NCBI GenBank assembly: GCA_049322915.1
Contig: JBMOPW010000034.1
Span: forward strand, 648,567 to 712,566
Source of the DNA: Candidatus Zhuqueibacterota bacterium
Lineage (GTDB): Bacteria; Zhuqueibacterota; Zhuqueibacteria; Thermofontimicrobiales; Thermofontimicrobiaceae
Length of the DNA: 64,000 nucleotides
Direction: 5' to 3'
A model generated the notes under the pieces. That model was not told the origin of the DNA and ran no database searches. It worked only from the letters and a program-made list of their open reading frames with translations. This document shows, in pieces, positions 61,194-64,000 of the stretch; positions within the stretch are counted from its first letter, which is position 1; each line of letters opens with the position of its first letter. The position numbers were made by a program, and so were the translations under genes.

Positions 61194-62036
61194 ATGTACA
61201 AAAAATTCTTTGCAATCATCGCGATCATTTTCCTGGTTGGCTGTTCAAGCAGCTACAAGTTGCAGTACAAAGGGGCTCCGGGCGACATGCACCAATATAA
61301 AATCGATACGAATATGGACATGTCCATGGAAATGATGGGCAACGAAATGAATTTCACAACCCAGGTGCTCAATCTCATTTCCCAGAAAATCAATCAGGTC
61401 GACAACGAAGGCAACCTCACGGTCAGTTTCATGTATGATTCCCTCAGTTTTTCTTCCAACAGTCCGCAGATGGCCCAGGCGCAATCCATGGTCGATGAAA
61501 TGTTCAAAAAGGTCAAAGGCACCGAGTTCAAATGCAGCATTTCCAAACATGGCAAAGTTCTGAACATCGCTGAAATGGATAGCCTGATTCCGGGACAATT
61601 CAAGCAGATGGTCAACCCACGCCAGACGTTCACCTCGATTTCACCGTTCCTTCCACTGACGCCGGTGAAGATTGGTGATACCTGGACGTCCGACGATGTG
61701 ATTCCGGTGGAGAATAGTGGTCTCAACATGAAAGTGAATACGAAGAGCAATTTCACCCTCGTTGGGACGGAGAAGAGTGGTGAAAAAGAACTATTGAAAA
61801 TCACCTACACGAATAAAATGCTAATCGAAGGTGAGGGCGAACAGATGGGAATGTCCATGACAATCGAAGGCGATGGCGAAGGAAAAGGGCATTTCCTCTT
61901 TGATAAGAAAGCTGGAATGATCTTCGGGGCTGAATCTGAAACCGAGATGGACCTCACCATCGCGGTGAGCGGCGCGCAAAATATGACCATGCCCATGACG
62001 CAATTCATCAAAGCAAAAGTCAGTCTGGTGAAATAA
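61194..62036 (+). CDS. Hypothetical beta-rich lipoprotein
   Basis: Lipobox LVGC; AGGGAG RBS; P..PVKIGDTW motif; alternating beta-strand pattern. Confidence 0.8.
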   Translation: MYKKFFAIIAIIFLVGCSSSYKLQYKGAPGDMHQYKIDTNMDMSMEMMGNEMNFTTQVLNLISQKINQVDNEGNLTVSFMYDSLSFSSNSPQMAQAQSMVDEMFKKVKGTEFKCSISKHGKVLNIAEMDSLIPGQFKQMVNPRQTFTSISPFLPLTPVKIGDTWTSDDVIPVENSGLNMKVNTKSNFTLVGTEKSGEKELLKITYTNKMLIEGEGEQMGMSMTIEGDGEGKGHFLFDKKAGMIFGAESETEMDLTIAVSGAQNMTMPMTQFIKAKVSLVK

Positions 62037-62048
62037 CCATTTTCGAGA

Positions 62049-62084
62049 GACGCCTTTGAGCGACATAACTGCTTCAAAGGCGTC
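62049..62084 (+). terminator. Hairpin terminator after the lipoprotein gene
   Basis: GACGCCTTTGA...TCAAAGGCGTC. Confidence 0.6.
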
Positions 62085-62434
62085 CTGTATTTTATGGCCA
62101 ATGCCACCTGGTATCGTCAATAAAACCGACGGATTTTATGTTGGTTCGGTTCGTTCACAGTCAGATTATCAGGAAAGGCGCTCCTGTCCGCCCTGCTCTG
62201 TCCGTTCAACCTCCACCATCCTGAAGTTTGAATATCGCCATGAAAACAGCTTGCAATTCATTTATTAAATCATTACATTGTCCTGAATTTTGAACAAATC
62301 AGCCGCAGCTTTGTATCGCAGCGTTTGCTCTGGTGAACCCACTCGGTCCCAAATGGATTCGAGGCAACCGTGTTTTTCTCCCGGGCTTCAATGGATGATG
62401 TGTACGGTTTTTCCCGAATGAAACAGTCACTTGC

Positions 62435-64000
62435 ATGGACATCTTTTTCCTGACATCCATTTTTTATCTGACCATTGGCGTGCTGCTCTTGCTGCTGGGC
62501 CTGCTCATTTTTCGAGAGAATCCCTCGCAGCGAATCAACCGGGCGACGTCTGTCATGATCTTCTTTGCCGCAATCGCTCCGATCATGGCTGCCTTTGGCC
62601 TGATCATCTTCAAAATGAACGCCCAGTTGAATATCAACATGGATTTCTTCAAGCGGATATTTCTGGTGTGGGAGTTCTTTTTCCCGCAATTGCTGTACTT
62701 CTCATTCCTGTTTCCGAGAGAACAGAAAATCATTCAGGACCTGCCGCGCATCATTTATTTCATCTACCTTCCCTACATTTTTCACTTCGCGGTTGTCCTG
62801 TGTTTTCACAGCTCAGAGTCCATTTTGGCGCTGGTGAATATTCCTCAATCGGAATCGACCGTGAGCACGGTGCTTCAGCCGTTGCAGATGATTGTCAACC
62901 TGTTCTTTTCCGGACTGAGCATTTTCTATGATTTCCATGTGAACTTTTTCGCGCTGATCAATCTCATTTACGTCATTACCGCGCTCATCATTATGTACAG
63001 GGGCTACCAGGCGCTCACCTCTCCGCGCATGCGACACCAGGTGGCGCTGGTGCTCTGGGGAATTCGGGTCAGCGTCGGGCTCTATGCCATCGCCTTCATT
63101 CTGCCCAAAATATTCCCCTTCAACGCGTCAGAAGTGATCAATTATTTTCTGACCATCATCGCGCTGTTGATTGGCGCGGTGTCCATTGCCTGGGCCATGA
63201 TCAAATATCAATTCCTCGACATCAGTCTCAGCATCAGCCGAAATTTTCTCTTCTCCATCTCCACCGCCTTGCTCCTGGGCGTTTACCTCGTCGTTTACGA
63301 TCGGATGAAACTGCTCACCCACACGTTCATCGGATTTGATCTTCCCGTTATGGAAGTCATTTTAATCATCATCGCAGCCATCGTTTTTCAGCCGACCCTG
63401 GCCGGGATCGAAAAAGTGTTGGACAGAATTTTTGGGCGGGACAAATCCGATTACCAGCACGTGCTCAAAATGCTGAGCCACGATATTCTCACCATCATGG
63501 ATATCGATGCGCTGAAAAACAAGATCACCACGACCCTGACGGAGAGCATGCGGTTGGAAAATGTCCATTTGATCATCGAAACCAAAACGCGGGATTATGA
63601 AGTGGTATGCGAAAGGGACGGAGAGACGATCTCGCACAGGTTTTCCAGGAATTGCGAATTCATCCGCCTCATGCGCACCTTTGAAAAACCGGTCAGCTAT
63701 GATGAAGTCATTGCCCGAACGACGCCCGGAAAAGAGGCGGACATTCTCAATCGAATGAACTGCTACCTGCTCATGCCACTGTCGCATCGCGGTCATCTGA
63801 ACGGCATTCTTTGCCTCGGCAATAAACTGACGCGAACATCCTTTTCAGCGGAGGACGCCACCCTGCTCAGCGTTCTCTCCGATCAAATTGCCATTGCTCT
63901 TGAAAATATCGACCTGTACAAAGACAAGCTGGAAAAGCAGCGGATGGAAGAAGAAATCTCCGTAGCGCGCGAGATTCAACGGATGCTGCTTCCCAACAAA
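62435..64000 (+). CDS. Multi-TM sensor + GAF + SpoIIE/PP2C (RsbU-like) phosphatase, truncated at the right edge (absent from the ORF track)
   Basis: ATG 62435 (MDIFFLTSIFYLTIG...FRENPSQRINR) is in frame with the window end; GAF motif LLMPL...NGILCLGNK...FSAED..LL..QIAIALEN; RsbU linker EKQRMEEEISVAREIQRMLLP. Confidence 0.85.
   Translation, partial: MDIFFLTSIFYLTIGVLLLLLGLLIFRENPSQRINRATSVMIFFAAIAPIMAAFGLIIFKMNAQLNINMDFFKRIFLVWEFFFPQLLYFSFLFPREQKIIQDLPRIIYFIYLPYIFHFAVVLCFHSSESILALVNIPQSESTVSTVLQPLQMIVNLFFSGLSIFYDFHVNFFALINLIYVITALIIMYRGYQALTSPRMRHQVALVLWGIRVSVGLYAIAFILPKIFPFNASEVINYFLTIIALLIGAVSIAWAMIKYQFLDISLSISRNFLFSISTALLLGVYLVVYDRMKLLTHTFIGFDLPVMEVILIIIAAIVFQPTLAGIEKVLDRIFGRDKSDYQHVLKMLSHDILTIMDIDALKNKITTTLTESMRLENVHLIIETKTRDYEVVCERDGETISHRFSRNCEFIRLMRTFEKPVSYDEVIARTTPGKEADILNRMNCYLLMPLSHRGHLNGILCLGNKLTRTSFSAEDATLLSVLSDQIAIALENIDLYKDKLEKQRMEEEISVAREIQRMLLPNK

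Noticed and set aside
62431..62931. 166-aa ORF from the track
   Set aside because: Out of frame with the real membrane-GAF-PP2C gene starting at 62435

Overview
64 kb of bacterial chromosome. The overall style (TonB-dependent receptor with an N-terminal carboxypeptidase-regulatory-like domain, proteins with YPNPFNP/FPNPF C-terminal sorting domains, lolC/E-lolD) suggests a diderm FCB-group organism such as KSB1 or Calditrichota; this assignment is inference. A housekeeping block (SpoIID-like, prfB with a programmed +1 frameshift, alr, lysS, lolC/E, lolD, clpC; also uvrC and murJ) is interleaved with accessory loci. (1) A minus-strand PocR-AraC, corrinoid protein, HAD phosphatase, TonB receptor and secreted-protein locus at 1-8.9 kb. 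(2) A GH38 mannosidase, M28 peptidase and class V aminotransferase region. (3) A pile of nested miniature inverted-repeat elements at 19.8-20.6 kb, one of which recurs at 44.4 kb. (4) An OLD-like ABC ATPase lacking its TOPRIM domain, coupled to a P1/DmpA peptidase. (5) An AT-rich cassette of a small exported Pro-rich peptide, a ~10-TM membrane protein and an apparently catalytically dead sigma54-type AAA+/Fis regulator, next to an S41 protease; this is a candidate new peptide-signalling system. (6) A sulfur-respiration cluster: MarR, psrABC-like genes, two YeeE/YedE genes, a rhodanese lacking its catalytic Cys but ending in GGGC, a FadL-type outer-membrane channel and DsrE, with a shared palindromic operator candidate. 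I found no rRNA, tRNA or CRISPR array.
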